64,000 bases of DNA, from assembly GCA_964447685.1 (NCBI GenBank), contig CAYUTI010000003.1, positions 7,026-71,025 on the forward strand, read 5' to 3'. Shown piece by piece: positions 16,698 to 27,428 of this stretch. The notes below the pieces were generated by a model. It was not told where the DNA came from. It ran no database searches and was given only the letters and a program-made list of their open reading frames with translations. Position 1 is the stretch's first letter; each line of letters begins with the position of its first letter. The stretch comes from Candidatus Woesearchaeota archaeon (GTDB lineage Archaea > Nanobdellota > Nanobdellia > SCGC-AAA011-G17 > CAYUTI01). The position numbers were made by a program, and so were the translations under genes.

Positions 16698-18682
16698 GCT
16701 TTAGCTTCTACTTTCCACATTAAATCCCTATATTCTCTATAGCCAATGGTATCACCATTTCTTTTACCAAATCCAGTAGATTCTGTAAACAGTTCTCTTG
16801 CTTTTTTAGAGTTTCCTAAGTTACCATGAGCTTCTTTGAATTTTTTTATTTCTTCAACTACTTCCTCATGTTCTAAGAATTTTGTAGACCAGGATATATT
16901 ATCTGTGTATCTTTGTGCAAGAAGAGTTTCTTCAACAGCGTAAGTTGATACTCCTGTACTCTCTGCTATCTTTTTGATTCTTTGAGTATTATTTTTGATA
17001 TTTGTGTTTCCTCTAAAATTATGATAAGTTGTTTTGATTACTTCTTGAGTTTCTTGATCTGCTTTAGGTTCTTGATTGCTAAGATATCTTAAAATTTCAT
17101 TAGGTAGTAAATAAGGATCTACGAAAGCCTCATGCTTGTGATTAACCATAAAGTCTAAGGTGATTCCATAAGGGATAGTCAATGTTTCTTCTAGAGTATT
17201 CCATTTTGCTTTGATTTTTCCTGAAGCTCTATCTGGAACAGGAAGATTATCTTTGTAAACCCCTGCAAAAAGATTAATTACCTCTTGATTAGTGGGTTGG
17301 TGATCTAATTTTTCAACTAACGTTTGTTTTTCTGCTAAAGGTTTTCTGCTTCTTTCCAGTTCTGCTTGTTTTCTAGCAACTAAATTTTGTTTAACTTCTG
17401 GGCTGATTAGATCTAATTGAGTAAATTCTGAATCTCTTCCTTGAGATAATATTGCCATACTAATTTTACCTTTAGTTTTTATTCTATCTTCATCCATATA
17501 TTTCCAAGAATTATTTCCTGCACGATAATAAGCGTTAACTACTTCTTGAACTGTGTAAGTTCCAGTTGGTACTGAGACAGGCTCAGGTTGTATAGAACCT
17601 TCCAAAGGAGTTGGTTCTTGTTTTGGTTCAGAATGGATTGTTGGTACTTGAGTAGGTATACCTACTGGAGCACGACCTCCATTCATTTCAGAAATTTCAT
17701 GCCAGGATAATCCTTCTGTATTAGAAATATTTGTTTGTGTTGGAGTAGCTGTAGGGTGAGTTGGTGTTTGAGTTATAGTAGGTGTTGCAGTAGGATAAGG
17801 GATTTCAGTAGGTTTCATTGTGAAAACTGAAGGTCTCTCAGGGGTAGGCATAGGTATTGTTTCTATGTCTCCATAACCTAAAGAAATTAAAAGATTTGGT
17901 TCTGGACTTGAAAATGGTGATTCAGAAGCTATTTCAATTTTTTTATTAATTTCTTTCTTTTCGGTTTGTTCAAAAGGAACTGGTTTTGACCAGGTGAAAT
18001 TAAAAATAGGGAATAAAGGTTTATTCCAAAATCTTGTAGAAGATTCATAATTTGGAATTTTTTGTTCAGGGGCTTGATTAAAAACAGCAGAAGTGGATGA
18101 TACTAATGGAAAAATTAAAGGTGAAGCCATTGTTGAAACAAGTCCTAAGGACCCAACAAAAGATGCAACATAACCTAATGTTCTCTCAAAGAAGGATGGG
18201 TTATATTCTAATTCAAGAGGTTCTTTGACAATTTCTTGTTTAGATTCTTTGACAATTTCTTGTTTAGGTTCCACTGGTTTTGAGACTTTATATAGAACAT
18301 TTGTTAGATAACCTATTGAAGTAGCAATATCTGCTGATTCTTGAAGTGCTTTTTTATTTTTATTCCAGAGAATATGATTAGTATCTATACTTAGAGCAAG
18401 ATTTTCTCTTAATCTTTCTGAATCTCTTGAAGGAGTGCTAGCTAATGCATGCATTACTATAAATGTACTAAGTTCCTCTGCAGAAGCCTTACCTAATCTT
18501 TTAGTTGTGATAGTATCATCATCAATTGCTTTAGGTGCATAAATAAATGCTCTATTAACTCCTTTTGGAAGGGATTGAACAGAGTTAGAAATATCTGCTA
18601 AAGATTTAATTCCCCAATTATCTCTTAAAATGTCTTCTAATTTTGCGAATTCATTTACTAAATTAGTTCCGTTCTGAGTCAT
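16694..18682 (-). CDS. large hypothetical membrane-anchored protein with a Thr/Pro-rich linker
   Basis: 662 aa with an internal TM (LGYVASFVGSLGLVSTMASPLIF) and a PTATPTITQTPTHPTATPTQT linker. Contains a 24-bp in-frame tandem repeat (KQEIVKES x2). Confidence 0.5.
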   Translation of the reverse strand: MTQNGTNLVNEFAKLEDILRDNWGIKSLADISNSVQSLPKGVNRAFIYAPKAIDDDTITTKRLGKASAEELSTFIVMHALASTPSRDSERLRENLALSIDTNHILWNKNKKALQESADIATSIGYLTNVLYKVSKPVEPKQEIVKESKQEIVKEPLELEYNPSFFERTLGYVASFVGSLGLVSTMASPLIFPLVSSTSAVFNQAPEQKIPNYESSTRFWNKPLFPIFNFTWSKPVPFEQTEKKEINKKIEIASESPFSSPEPNLLISLGYGDIETIPMPTPERPSVFTMKPTEIPYPTATPTITQTPTHPTATPTQTNISNTEGLSWHEISEMNGGRAPVGIPTQVPTIHSEPKQEPTPLEGSIQPEPVSVPTGTYTVQEVVNAYYRAGNNSWKYMDEDRIKTKGKISMAILSQGRDSEFTQLDLISPEVKQNLVARKQAELERSRKPLAEKQTLVEKLDHQPTNQEVINLFAGVYKDNLPVPDRASGKIKAKWNTLEETLTIPYGITLDFMVNHKHEAFVDPYLLPNEILRYLSNQEPKADQETQEVIKTTYHNFRGNTNIKNNTQRIKKIAESTGVSTYAVEETLLAQRYTDNISWSTKFLEHEEVVEEIKKFKEAHGNLGNSKKARELFTESTGFGKRNGDTIGYREYRDLMWKVEAKA

Positions 18683-18720
18683 TATCTACTTTAAAGTGAG
18701 AAATCTATTTAAAAAGCTTT

Positions 18721-19536
18721 CTATATCTTAAAATCTACACAAATCCTATATTTTTCTGGGCCATACTGCCCGCATTTAGTTATTTTAAGGACTTTGAAGT
18801 TTTTGAAGTGTTTTTCTATTTTTTTGATAGGGAATATTTCCATATTCTTTTCTTTTTGAAAATCATAGAAGTGGATGATTGTTCCTTTTTTAGAATATTT
18901 TTTTGCTAGACCTAGGTAATAAGAAGCTGATTTTGGTAAGGGCATGATAATCCTATCAAATTTCTTGTTTATTTTAGGTAAGACTTTTGTAACGTTTCCT
19001 TTGAAAAGTTTGATGTTGGTTAAGTGATTTAGTTTAATATTTTCCTGTGCGAATTTATGAGCTTCTGGATTTATTTCTATAGCATAGATCTCTTTTGGTT
19101 TTGCATTCTTAGCTATAACACAAGGGAAAGGTGCAATACCCGAGAACATAACAAGGATTGTTTCTCCTTTTTTTACTTGTTTTGTAATTCTTGCTCTTTC
19201 TGAAGCAGATCTTTGAGAGAAATAAGTTGTTTCTGGATTTATTTTTAATCTTGTGTTATTCTCTTTATGAATAGTAGTTTTTCTATTTTCTCCTGCTAAA
19301 ATTTTTAATTTAGGAGTTCTGTATTTTCCTTGGTAAGCCCCTGTCTTTTTTGTTACAACTTTGATGTGTGAATGAAGTTTTAACATAGTATCTGCTATTT
19401 CTTTTTCATATTTTTTTAGTTTAGGTGAGAGATCTGAGAAAATTGCGATATCTCCCACTTGATCAAAAGATTTTGGTAAGAATTCATGCAAGGATTTTGG
19501 AATTTTCTTTGCTAGTACTTGTTTTAAGTTTGCCAT
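18721..19536 (-). CDS. trm5: tRNA (m1G37) methyltransferase Trm5 / TYW2-like class I SAM methyltransferase
   Basis: Met-10+-like architecture; a SAM-binding motif segment can be read. Overlaps fen by 13 bp (operon). Confidence 0.65.
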   Translation of the reverse strand: MANLKQVLAKKIPKSLHEFLPKSFDQVGDIAIFSDLSPKLKKYEKEIADTMLKLHSHIKVVTKKTGAYQGKYRTPKLKILAGENRKTTIHKENNTRLKINPETTYFSQRSASERARITKQVKKGETILVMFSGIAPFPCVIAKNAKPKEIYAIEINPEAHKFAQENIKLNHLTNIKLFKGNVTKVLPKINKKFDRIIMPLPKSASYYLGLAKKYSKKGTIIHFYDFQKEKNMEIFPIKKIEKHFKNFKVLKITKCGQYGPEKYRICVDFKI

Positions 19537-20549
19537 TTTCCTAATCCTATTTGTTCTTTTGCTTTAGTTATCTTAGTTAGTTTTTCTAAAGTTGAATCTA
19601 CTCTCTCTTCAGAGAATTCATGTTTATCTACTAATAATTTTTTAATTTTTTCTACATCTGGTTTTGACCACTTTAATTGATAGTTTTTCATAACTGGCAT
19701 TGATTTGAAAACAGCATAAATTTCTTTCCAATTAAAATCTGCTTCTACCTCTTTGAATATTTTATCAAAAGAGTGATGTTGTTTAACTAGTTTCAATGCG
19801 GTTTTTGGTCCAATTCTCCTAACTCCACCTATATTATAGTCTGTTCCTACTAAGATTGCTAAAGCTAAAAGCTGATCTTGGTCAATACCTAAATCATTTA
19901 GAACTTTTGATAAAGTAACTATTTCTGGAAAAGTTTGAATATATGAACCTGAAGGCAATCTTCTTCTTTGTGATAAAGTTAAATTCCTAATTAGTTTAGG
20001 AGTTCCATATAATAAAGCATCCGCATCTTGGCTTGCAACTAAATCTACGTCTTTCTTTTCTGCCATGAACGCACATTGGGCTTCTGCTTCTGAAGGTGCT
20101 TGAATCACTGGTAAACCCATTAAAGTTAGAAGTTCTTTTGATTCTTCTACTATCTGTTTGTTAATCCTTATTGTTTGTTTAGAATATTTTAACATAGAAT
20201 CAATATCTTCTTCTTGTTTAGCTTCTTCTAGTTTTTCTGATGCTAGTTGTTTTCTTAGTGAACGTGCTTCTTGCTCTTTTAGTTTAAGTAAAGGTGGTTT
20301 TCCATCAAAGATGAATGCTAGTTTTAATCCTTTGGATGAAAGGTTTGTGATTCTGCTAAAGATTCCTTGTAAGTGAGAAGTTACGTTTCCATTTGAGTCC
20401 ATTAGAGGAGTTCCATCTCTTTGTCTAATACTTGCTAAGAATTGATATATCATTCCAGAAGAGTCTACTGCTATCTTCTTGTTTTTCAGATCATCGAATG
20501 AAATCTCTTCTCCTTTTACTAGTTCCCAAAGTTTAACGCCCATATCCAA
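19524..20549 (-). CDS. fen: flap endonuclease FEN-1
   Basis: MGVKLWELV..., XPG N- and I-domains with conserved acidic residues, helix-3-turn-helix (GIGPKTALKLV). Confidence 0.9.
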   Translation of the reverse strand: MDMGVKLWELVKGEEISFDDLKNKKIAVDSSGMIYQFLASIRQRDGTPLMDSNGNVTSHLQGIFSRITNLSSKGLKLAFIFDGKPPLLKLKEQEARSLRKQLASEKLEEAKQEEDIDSMLKYSKQTIRINKQIVEESKELLTLMGLPVIQAPSEAEAQCAFMAEKKDVDLVASQDADALLYGTPKLIRNLTLSQRRRLPSGSYIQTFPEIVTLSKVLNDLGIDQDQLLALAILVGTDYNIGGVRRIGPKTALKLVKQHHSFDKIFKEVEADFNWKEIYAVFKSMPVMKNYQLKWSKPDVEKIKKLLVDKHEFSEERVDSTLEKLTKITKAKEQIGLGKWQT

Positions 20550-20632
20550 TATATGAATTGTAAAAGTATAAAAGCTTTACCAAAAACTTTATATGCAAGT
20601 TGAAATTTTTAAGTTTCTGAGGTGAAAAAAGA

Positions 20633-21283
20633 GTGATAAAACATGTTTCTTTCCAGCATCCAGGAGGGTATTACTTCTATAGGATGCATAATATCAAGAG
20701 TGAAAGATTAAATAATGGTTTATCAAACTTGAAAGTTTTTTTGAACAACATGTTTGAAGACTGCCCTCATGATTATTTTTTTACAGGTCCTAGGAGTTCT
20801 CAATTAAAATTCCAATTACCTAAACTAGATTTAAAAAAAGTTACTGGGCATGAAGTTTGTGAGTTAACATCTAAGGGTTTAGAAGAAAATTTTTTTAGAT
20901 TTAAAACTGCACATTCTAAAGTTCAGGTTTATATGTTAGAGAATGATGATAAAACTTTAGCGGTTGAAGTTCCTATTTGGTTAAATGCTAATGAGTTGAA
21001 AAATTATTCTAGATTATTTCGTAGTCAGGAACCTTTAACAGGACATATAGATATTTTAAGATTAGAAAATGATAAAATTTGGGTGTGGGATTATAAACCT
21101 AATGCGATCAGAGAAAAATATGCTGCTACTCAAGTTTATTTCTATACTTTAATGTTAAGTAAGAGAACGGGTGTTCCTTTAGATCACTTTAGATGCGGTT
21201 ATTTTGATTCTGCTTATGCTTTTATGTTTAAGCCAGAAGAAATGGAATTTAAAGAAATAAATGAAGAATTATTGAAAAGGTAA
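20633..21283 (+). CDS. hypothetical protein, possibly PD-(D/E)xK nuclease fold
   Basis: GHIDILRLEND...VWDYKP resembles the D...(D/E)xK nuclease core. 216 aa. Confidence 0.35.
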   Translation: MIKHVSFQHPGGYYFYRMHNIKSERLNNGLSNLKVFLNNMFEDCPHDYFFTGPRSSQLKFQLPKLDLKKVTGHEVCELTSKGLEENFFRFKTAHSKVQVYMLENDDKTLAVEVPIWLNANELKNYSRLFRSQEPLTGHIDILRLENDKIWVWDYKPNAIREKYAATQVYFYTLMLSKRTGVPLDHFRCGYFDSAYAFMFKPEEMEFKEINEELLKR

Positions 21284-21742
21284 ATTAAATTGTTTACCTA
21301 ACTTTTCTAGATCGATTTTTGGTGTTTCCTTAGGTTCTTGTTCTGTGTAAAGATCTTTCATAGCTTTAATTTCTTCAGCAGAAGCACCATCTTGTTTCAT
21401 TAATTGAAGATGTCTTTCTTTTGGATCTATAGAAACGCCGTATTCATCTACAGGTTGTGTTTGTGTAGAGGTAGGTGTCATTGCTTCATTGATTCTTTGA
21501 TCTAAACTTCTTTTTTGAAGTAATGCATTTCCTCCAATCAGAGTCAGAGCAAATGCTGAAACACCTGCTGCAATAGCAACAGCCCTTCTATATTCTGCAA
21601 GAGAAGCTGCATCTATATGAAGATAGTCTGCAAGTGCAACATAATCTCTATGTACTGCATCAGTAACAGCATCTCTTAGTGTAGGTTCTTCTATACCTCT
21701 ATATAATCTTGGGGTGTTTTGATACCATTTGAATTTTGTCAT
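21269..21742 (-). CDS. hypothetical membrane-anchored protein (Ala-rich TM)
   Basis: 157-aa ORF with one TM helix (AVAIAAGVSAFALTLIGG). Confidence 0.4.
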   Translation of the reverse strand: MTKFKWYQNTPRLYRGIEEPTLRDAVTDAVHRDYVALADYLHIDAASLAEYRRAVAIAAGVSAFALTLIGGNALLQKRSLDQRINEAMTPTSTQTQPVDEYGVSIDPKERHLQLMKQDGASAEEIKAMKDLYTEQEPKETPKIDLEKLGKQFNLPFQ

Positions 21743-21865
21743 TTTTTAGCATAAGCCTCCATTTTGTTACTATCAATAAGTAATTAATCCTTTATAAACT
21801 TTTCTATTTCCTAAGATTATTGTTAAGAAGGTTTATAAAGCTTATAGTGCTATTCTAAGAAGAAA

Positions 21866-24271
21866 ATGAGTAAAATAGAGATAGAATTTTTTCCACTAGA
21901 TGTGGATTATAAAGTGAATGTACATGGAGAAGCAGTAATAAGACTTTTTGGTAGAGATAACTCTGGAAAAAGGGTTTGTGTTCATGATAATAGTTATAAA
22001 CCTTATCTGTATATTAGCATTGAAAGTGAAAAAGTACTAACTAAACTCAAAAAAGAAATTGTTCTAGAGGAAGGCCCTGTTGAATTTGTTAAAGAAAAAG
22101 AGCTAGTGAAAGTTATTGTAAATACTCCTTCAGATTTGAAAATTATTAAAGATGGTTTAAGAGGGATGAAAGGGGTTTTAGAAGTAAAAGAATATGATTT
22201 ACCTTTTGCAAGGAGATACCTGGTTGATAATAAAATAGTTCCCTTAGTAAAATGTAGGATAAAGGGAGAAGTAATAAATGAAAGAATGGATGTTGATTAT
22301 GTTTTAGATGCTGAAAAGATTCTAGTTGAAGAAGAATCTTTTGAAAATCCTCGAGTTTTAGCCTTAGATATTGAAACTTATAACCCTCAAGGGAGCTATA
22401 GCAACGCAAAAAGAGACCCGGTTATTATGTTAGGAGTTTATGGGCGAGATTTCAAGAAAGTTATAACCTGGAAGAGCTTTAATACAGAGGAAGATTATTT
22501 AGTTTTTGTAAAAAATGAAGCTGAACTAATTAAAGAATTTAAGAGTCTTTTAAAAGAATATAAACCTGATTATATTGTAGGTTATAACACAGATGGTTTT
22601 GATTTTCCTTATTTGAAAGAAAGAGCTAAAAGAAATTCTGTTAAGTTAAATATTGGATTAGATGGTTCTGAAGTTAAATTAAATAAAAATGGTGCGAAAA
22701 TCAAAGGAATTGTACATATTGATTTGTATAAATTTGTCAGTACAATGATGAGAGGTTCTTTATTGTTAGAGAATTATGATTTGAATTCTGTTGCTAAAGA
22801 ATTTCTTAATGAAGAAAAAGATGATATTGATATTTCAAGATTAGGTGAAGCTTGGGATAGAGGAGTATTACAAGAGTTTTGTGACTATAATCTACAAGAT
22901 TGTAAATTGACTTATGATATTTTTTACAAAGTAAAAGAAAATATTCAAGAAGTTGCGAAGTTGGTAGGGCAAAGTATCTATGATGTTAACCGAATGAGTT
23001 ATGGTAACTTAGTTGAATGGTATTTGATAAGGAAATGTAAAGAACAAGGAAAAATAATTCCAGGTAAACCTGCTTATGGTGATGTTGGAGAGAGAAGAAT
23101 GCATACTTATGAAGGGGGATTTGTTTTTGAACCTAAACCTGGTTTGTTTGAAGATATTTGTGTGCTTGATTACAAGAGTTTGTATCCAACTGTTTTAATT
23201 GCTAAGAATATTAGTCCTGAAACTTTGAGCGCTGATAAAAAAGGATCTTATGAAACTCCTGAGATAACTGATGAAGATGGAAAGAAGGTTAAATATTATT
23301 TTAGTTATAAGGAAGAGGGCTTTTTGCCTTCTATTTTGAAAGATTTGATTATTAGAAGGAATAGAATCAAAGAGATGATTGGCAAGAAAAGAGATAAAGT
23401 TTTAGAAGCAAGAAGCTATGCTTTGAAAACTATTGCAAATGCAAGTTATGGTTATTTGGGATTTTTTGGTGCTAGGTGGTATTGCAGAGAGTGTGCAAGT
23501 GCGATAACTGCTTTTGGTAGGGATTATATTAAAAAAACAATTGATGCTGCGAATAAAAAAGGATTTAATGTGCTCTATTCTGATACAGATTCTATCCTAT
23601 TTAGTTTAAATGGAAAGGGAAGGAAAGAAGCGATTGAATTTATGGGAGAAGTGAATAGGGAATTACCTTCTTTAATGGAATTAGAATTAGAGGATTTTTA
23701 CAAGAGAGGAATATTTGTTAATAAGAAAGGTGAAGTTAAGGGAGCTAAGAAGAAATATGCTTTAATTGATGATGATGGGAAAATAAAAATTAGAGGTTTT
23801 GAAACTGTTCGTAGAGATTGGAGTTATCTAGCTCGTGAAGTTCAAAGTAAGGTTTTGAAAATTGTTTTGGAAGAAGGTTCTTTAGAGAAAGCTTTTGAGT
23901 ATGTTACTAAAATAATTGATGATTTAAGAAAAGGTAAAGTAAATATTGAAGAACTAGCAATTCAAACTCAACTTAAGAAACCTTTAGGTTCGTATGATTT
24001 GAAAGGACCCCATGTAGCTGTTGCTCAAAAAATGAAAAAAGCAGGTTATGAAGTTAGAGTTGGAAGTATAATAAAATATATAATTGGGCCTGGAAAAGGA
24101 ATTCTTCGTGATAGAGCAGTTCCTGCTTCAGAAGCTACCGAGTATGATGCTACTTACTATATTGAAAAGCAGATAATCCCTGCTGTAGAAAAGATATTTG
24201 AAGCATTAGGTTACAAAAAGGAAGATTTAATAAGAAGTAAAGAGCAAAAAGGCCTAGGTGATTTTATATGA
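21866..24271 (+). CDS. polB: family B DNA polymerase
   Basis: Exo motifs (LDIETYN, YNTDGFDFPYL), Pol motif A DYKSLYPT, motif B KTIANASYGYLG, motif C YSDTDS. 801 aa, no intein. Confidence 0.95.
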   Translation: MSKIEIEFFPLDVDYKVNVHGEAVIRLFGRDNSGKRVCVHDNSYKPYLYISIESEKVLTKLKKEIVLEEGPVEFVKEKELVKVIVNTPSDLKIIKDGLRGMKGVLEVKEYDLPFARRYLVDNKIVPLVKCRIKGEVINERMDVDYVLDAEKILVEEESFENPRVLALDIETYNPQGSYSNAKRDPVIMLGVYGRDFKKVITWKSFNTEEDYLVFVKNEAELIKEFKSLLKEYKPDYIVGYNTDGFDFPYLKERAKRNSVKLNIGLDGSEVKLNKNGAKIKGIVHIDLYKFVSTMMRGSLLLENYDLNSVAKEFLNEEKDDIDISRLGEAWDRGVLQEFCDYNLQDCKLTYDIFYKVKENIQEVAKLVGQSIYDVNRMSYGNLVEWYLIRKCKEQGKIIPGKPAYGDVGERRMHTYEGGFVFEPKPGLFEDICVLDYKSLYPTVLIAKNISPETLSADKKGSYETPEITDEDGKKVKYYFSYKEEGFLPSILKDLIIRRNRIKEMIGKKRDKVLEARSYALKTIANASYGYLGFFGARWYCRECASAITAFGRDYIKKTIDAANKKGFNVLYSDTDSILFSLNGKGRKEAIEFMGEVNRELPSLMELELEDFYKRGIFVNKKGEVKGAKKKYALIDDDGKIKIRGFETVRRDWSYLAREVQSKVLKIVLEEGSLEKAFEYVTKIIDDLRKGKVNIEELAIQTQLKKPLGSYDLKGPHVAVAQKMKKAGYEVRVGSIIKYIIGPGKGILRDRAVPASEATEYDATYYIEKQIIPAVEKIFEALGYKKEDLIRSKEQKGLGDFI

Positions 24272-25128
24272 GTTATGAAAAAGCGGGGAAGATAGCTGCA
24301 GAAGCTTTAGAGTTTGGTAAGAAATTAATTAAGGTAGATGTTCCTTTGTTAGAGGTCTCTGAAAAAGTTGAAGCTAAGATTAATAAGTTAGGTGGTATGT
24401 GTGCTTTTCCTGTTCAGATTTCTTTGAATGAGGTTGCTGCTCATTATTGTCCTTTTGAAGGTGATGTTACTGTGTTTAAAGAAGGTGATATTGCTTCTTT
24501 AGATGTTGGTGTTTGTGTTGATGGTAAAATTGGTGATAATGCTGTGAGTGTTGATCTAGGTGGGAATAAAGAATTGGTTAAGGCTTCTGAAGAAGCTTTG
24601 AAAAATGCTATTAAAGTTTTTACTCCTGGTCGTACTTTGTCTGAAGTTGGTAAAGTAATTGAAGAAACTATTCAGAGTTTTGGATTTAATCCTGTTCGTA
24701 ATTTATCTGGACATGGATTAGGAGATTATGAGATCCATATTGCTCCAAGTATTCCTAATTATCAAAATCATGATAAAACTCAACTTAAAGAGGGTCAAGT
24801 TTTTGCGGTAGAACCTTTTGCAACTCCTGGTGTAGGTTATATTACTGAGGGTAAGGATTCTGGAATTTATGGTTTGGTATATATTAAGAATACTAGGTTA
24901 ATGAGTGTTCGTAAAGTTTTGAAATTTATTGCTGAAAATTATGATACTTTGCCTTTTGCTGCTAGGTGGATTGATTTGCCTGATAAAAATTTAGCTTTGA
25001 GAACTCTTGAAAGAGAAGGTGTTCTAAAACAATATAAACATTTAGTTGAGAGATCTTCAGCTAAGGTAAGCCAGGCAGAGCATACTGTTAAAGTTGGTGA
25101 TAAGGCTAAGGTTTTGACAAAGATATAA
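24268..25128 (+). CDS. map: methionine aminopeptidase (M24, archaeal type 2)
   Basis: Pita-bread fold, metal-ligand D/H/E positions, 286 aa. Start overlaps the polB stop. Confidence 0.8.
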   Translation: MSYEKAGKIAAEALEFGKKLIKVDVPLLEVSEKVEAKINKLGGMCAFPVQISLNEVAAHYCPFEGDVTVFKEGDIASLDVGVCVDGKIGDNAVSVDLGGNKELVKASEEALKNAIKVFTPGRTLSEVGKVIEETIQSFGFNPVRNLSGHGLGDYEIHIAPSIPNYQNHDKTQLKEGQVFAVEPFATPGVGYITEGKDSGIYGLVYIKNTRLMSVRKVLKFIAENYDTLPFAARWIDLPDKNLALRTLEREGVLKQYKHLVERSSAKVSQAEHTVKVGDKAKVLTKI

Positions 25129-25140
25129 AAAAGAAAAAAA

Positions 25141-27426
25141 TTAACCTAAGTAATCAGGTGGACTTGAAACTGAAGCACCACGAGAATTCTTAAGTGTTTG
25201 TTCTTCTATCTCTTTAAACTTCTGGAAATCTGATTCTTCCAGAGAAGGATGGATTTTCTTAAGAGCTGCATCGAAATGCTTGCTTGTTACAGCCTTAGAT
25301 TTGAAATCCTCCCTCAATGCAAGTAAAGCAGATTCTCTACATATTGCTTCAATATCTGCACCAACATAACCATTAGTTTCTTTAGCATATTTCTTAAGAT
25401 CTACTGATTTGTCAATTGGAATTTCTTTTGTATGTATTTTGAAAATTTCCAATCTAGTCTTTTCGTCAGGTAGAGGTGTAGCTATCAACCTATCAAAACG
25501 ACCAGGTCTTAATAATGCTGAATCAATTAAATCAGGTCTGTTAGTTGCGGCTAAAATAACAACTTCATTTAAATCTTCTAAACCATCCATTTCAGTTAAG
25601 ATTGCATTAACAACTCTTTCAGTTACTTTAGTTCCAATTTCAGTTCCTCTTCTTGGAGCTAGAGCATCTATTTCATCGAAGAAAATTATTGTTGGAGCAG
25701 TTTGTCTTGCTTTTTCAAAGATTTTTCTAACTCCTTTCTCTGATTCTCCTACAAACTTATCTAAAAGTTCTGAACCTTTAACTAAAATAAAATTAGCTTG
25801 AGCTTCATGAGCAACAGCTTTAGCCATCATGGTTTTACCAGTTCCAGGAGGACCATACATTAAGATTCCTTTTGGAGGTTTAATACCCATTCTTTTGAAT
25901 ACTTGAGGATTTTCTAAAGGCCATTCTACTGCTTCTTTAAGAGTTTGTTTTAATTCTTGTAAACCACCAACATCTTCCCATGAAACATTTGGAGTTTCTA
26001 CTAAAACTTCTCTCATAGCAGAAGGTCTAACTAATCTCAAAGCATTTCTGAAATCTTCACCTGTGATTATTAGTTTTTCTAAAAAGTCTGTAGGGATTTC
26101 TTTGCCATTTTTAAGTTTTAAATCTGGTAAGTGTTTTCTTAAAACAGACATTGCAGCTTCTTTACATAGAGCTTCTAAATCTGCACCTACAAAACCGTGA
26201 GTTATTTCTGAAAGTTTCTTAAGATCTACATCTTCTGTGATAGGCATGTTTCTAGTGTGAATCTTTAAAATATTTAGTCTACCTTGTTTATCTGGAACAC
26301 CAATTGACATTTCTCTATCAAATCTTCCAGGTCTTCTTAGTGCAGGATCTAAAGCATTAGGTCTGTTTGTAGCTCCAATAACTACAACTTTTCCTCTTGA
26401 CTTAAGACCGTCCATCACAGTTAGTAATTGAGATACAACTCTTCTTTCAACTTCTCCATGAGATTCTTCTCTTTTTGGAGCAATTGCATCTATTTCATCT
26501 ATGAAAATAATAGTTGGAGCATTTTTTTCTGCTTCATCAAATATTTCTCTAACTCTTTTTTCTGATTCTCCATAGAATTTATTCATAATTTCTGGACCAT
26601 TTACTAGAACAAAGTTAGCTTCTGATTCATTTGCTACGGCTTTTGCTAGTAAAGTTTTACCTGAACCCGGTGGTCCGTGTAATAGAACTCCTTTTGGTGG
26701 TTGAATACCTAATCTTTCAAAAATTTCTGGGTGTTTCAACGGAGTTTCAACCATTTCTCTTATTTTTGTGATTTCTTCTTGTAAACCACCAATATCTTCA
26801 TAAGTAATATCAATAACTTTCTCTTCTGCAACTTCAATTGCTTTTGGAGAAACTTTAATTTGTGTTTCTTCTGTTATGATTACTGCTTCTTTTGGATTTG
26901 TTTCAGCTACTACAAATTTTAATGAACCTAAACCAAACCCTCCTCCTGCAAAACCTTGTTCAAAAACATCAAAAATATCTTCGAAAGGAGAACCGGTCAT
27001 TGTTCGTCTTCTTCTTGAAGCTCCACCTAATGCAACTAAATCTCCTTTTAGAACTGCTCTGCCTAGTAAACCTTTTGAGAATATTTGAGGATCTGCTCTA
27101 ACCATAACACCTTCTTGTGCTGGAGCAACTGTAATAGCTTTAGCTTCTTTTACTTCTGCTTTTCTTACTTTAACGTTTTCACCGATACCGGTTTTAGCAT
27201 TTCTTCTTAGGATACCATCCATTCTAATAACTGCTTCACCTACATCTGTTGGATATGCACGATCTACGATACCTACTGTTGACCTATTACCTTCTATTTC
27301 AATAATATCTCCAGGTCTAACCCCTATTTCACGCATAGTTTGAGAATCAATTCTAACGATACCTTTGTAAGCTTCTTCTTGTAAAGCTTCCATTACTTTT
27401 AGTTGTACTTCTTGCTTTTTAGTCAT
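25141..27426 (-). CDS. cdc48: CDC48/VCP-like AAA+ ATPase (two AAA domains)
   Basis: N-domain plus two Walker A ([16 protein letters not shown]) / Walker B (DEIDA) modules. 761 aa. Confidence 0.95.
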   Translation of the reverse strand: MTKKQEVQLKVMEALQEEAYKGIVRIDSQTMREIGVRPGDIIEIEGNRSTVGIVDRAYPTDVGEAVIRMDGILRRNAKTGIGENVKVRKAEVKEAKAITVAPAQEGVMVRADPQIFSKGLLGRAVLKGDLVALGGASRRRRTMTGSPFEDIFDVFEQGFAGGGFGLGSLKFVVAETNPKEAVIITEETQIKVSPKAIEVAEEKVIDITYEDIGGLQEEITKIREMVETPLKHPEIFERLGIQPPKGVLLHGPPGSGKTLLAKAVANESEANFVLVNGPEIMNKFYGESEKRVREIFDEAEKNAPTIIFIDEIDAIAPKREESHGEVERRVVSQLLTVMDGLKSRGKVVVIGATNRPNALDPALRRPGRFDREMSIGVPDKQGRLNILKIHTRNMPITEDVDLKKLSEITHGFVGADLEALCKEAAMSVLRKHLPDLKLKNGKEIPTDFLEKLIITGEDFRNALRLVRPSAMREVLVETPNVSWEDVGGLQELKQTLKEAVEWPLENPQVFKRMGIKPPKGILMYGPPGTGKTMMAKAVAHEAQANFILVKGSELLDKFVGESEKGVRKIFEKARQTAPTIIFFDEIDALAPRRGTEIGTKVTERVVNAILTEMDGLEDLNEVVILAATNRPDLIDSALLRPGRFDRLIATPLPDEKTRLEIFKIHTKEIPIDKSVDLKKYAKETNGYVGADIEAICRESALLALREDFKSKAVTSKHFDAALKKIHPSLEESDFQKFKEIEEQTLKNSRGASVSSPPDYLG

Positions 27427-27428
27427 CT

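Noticed and set aside
21269-21742. Locally elevated GC over ORF 21269-21742 as evidence of horizontal transfer
   Set aside because: The rise coincides with an Ala/Gly-rich TM helix (GCN codons). No flanking repeats or mobility genes.
25409-27101. Plus-strand ORFs 25409-25801, 26876-27088 and 26892-27101 inside cdc48
   Set aside because: Antisense to a highly conserved AAA+ gene; no independent signals.
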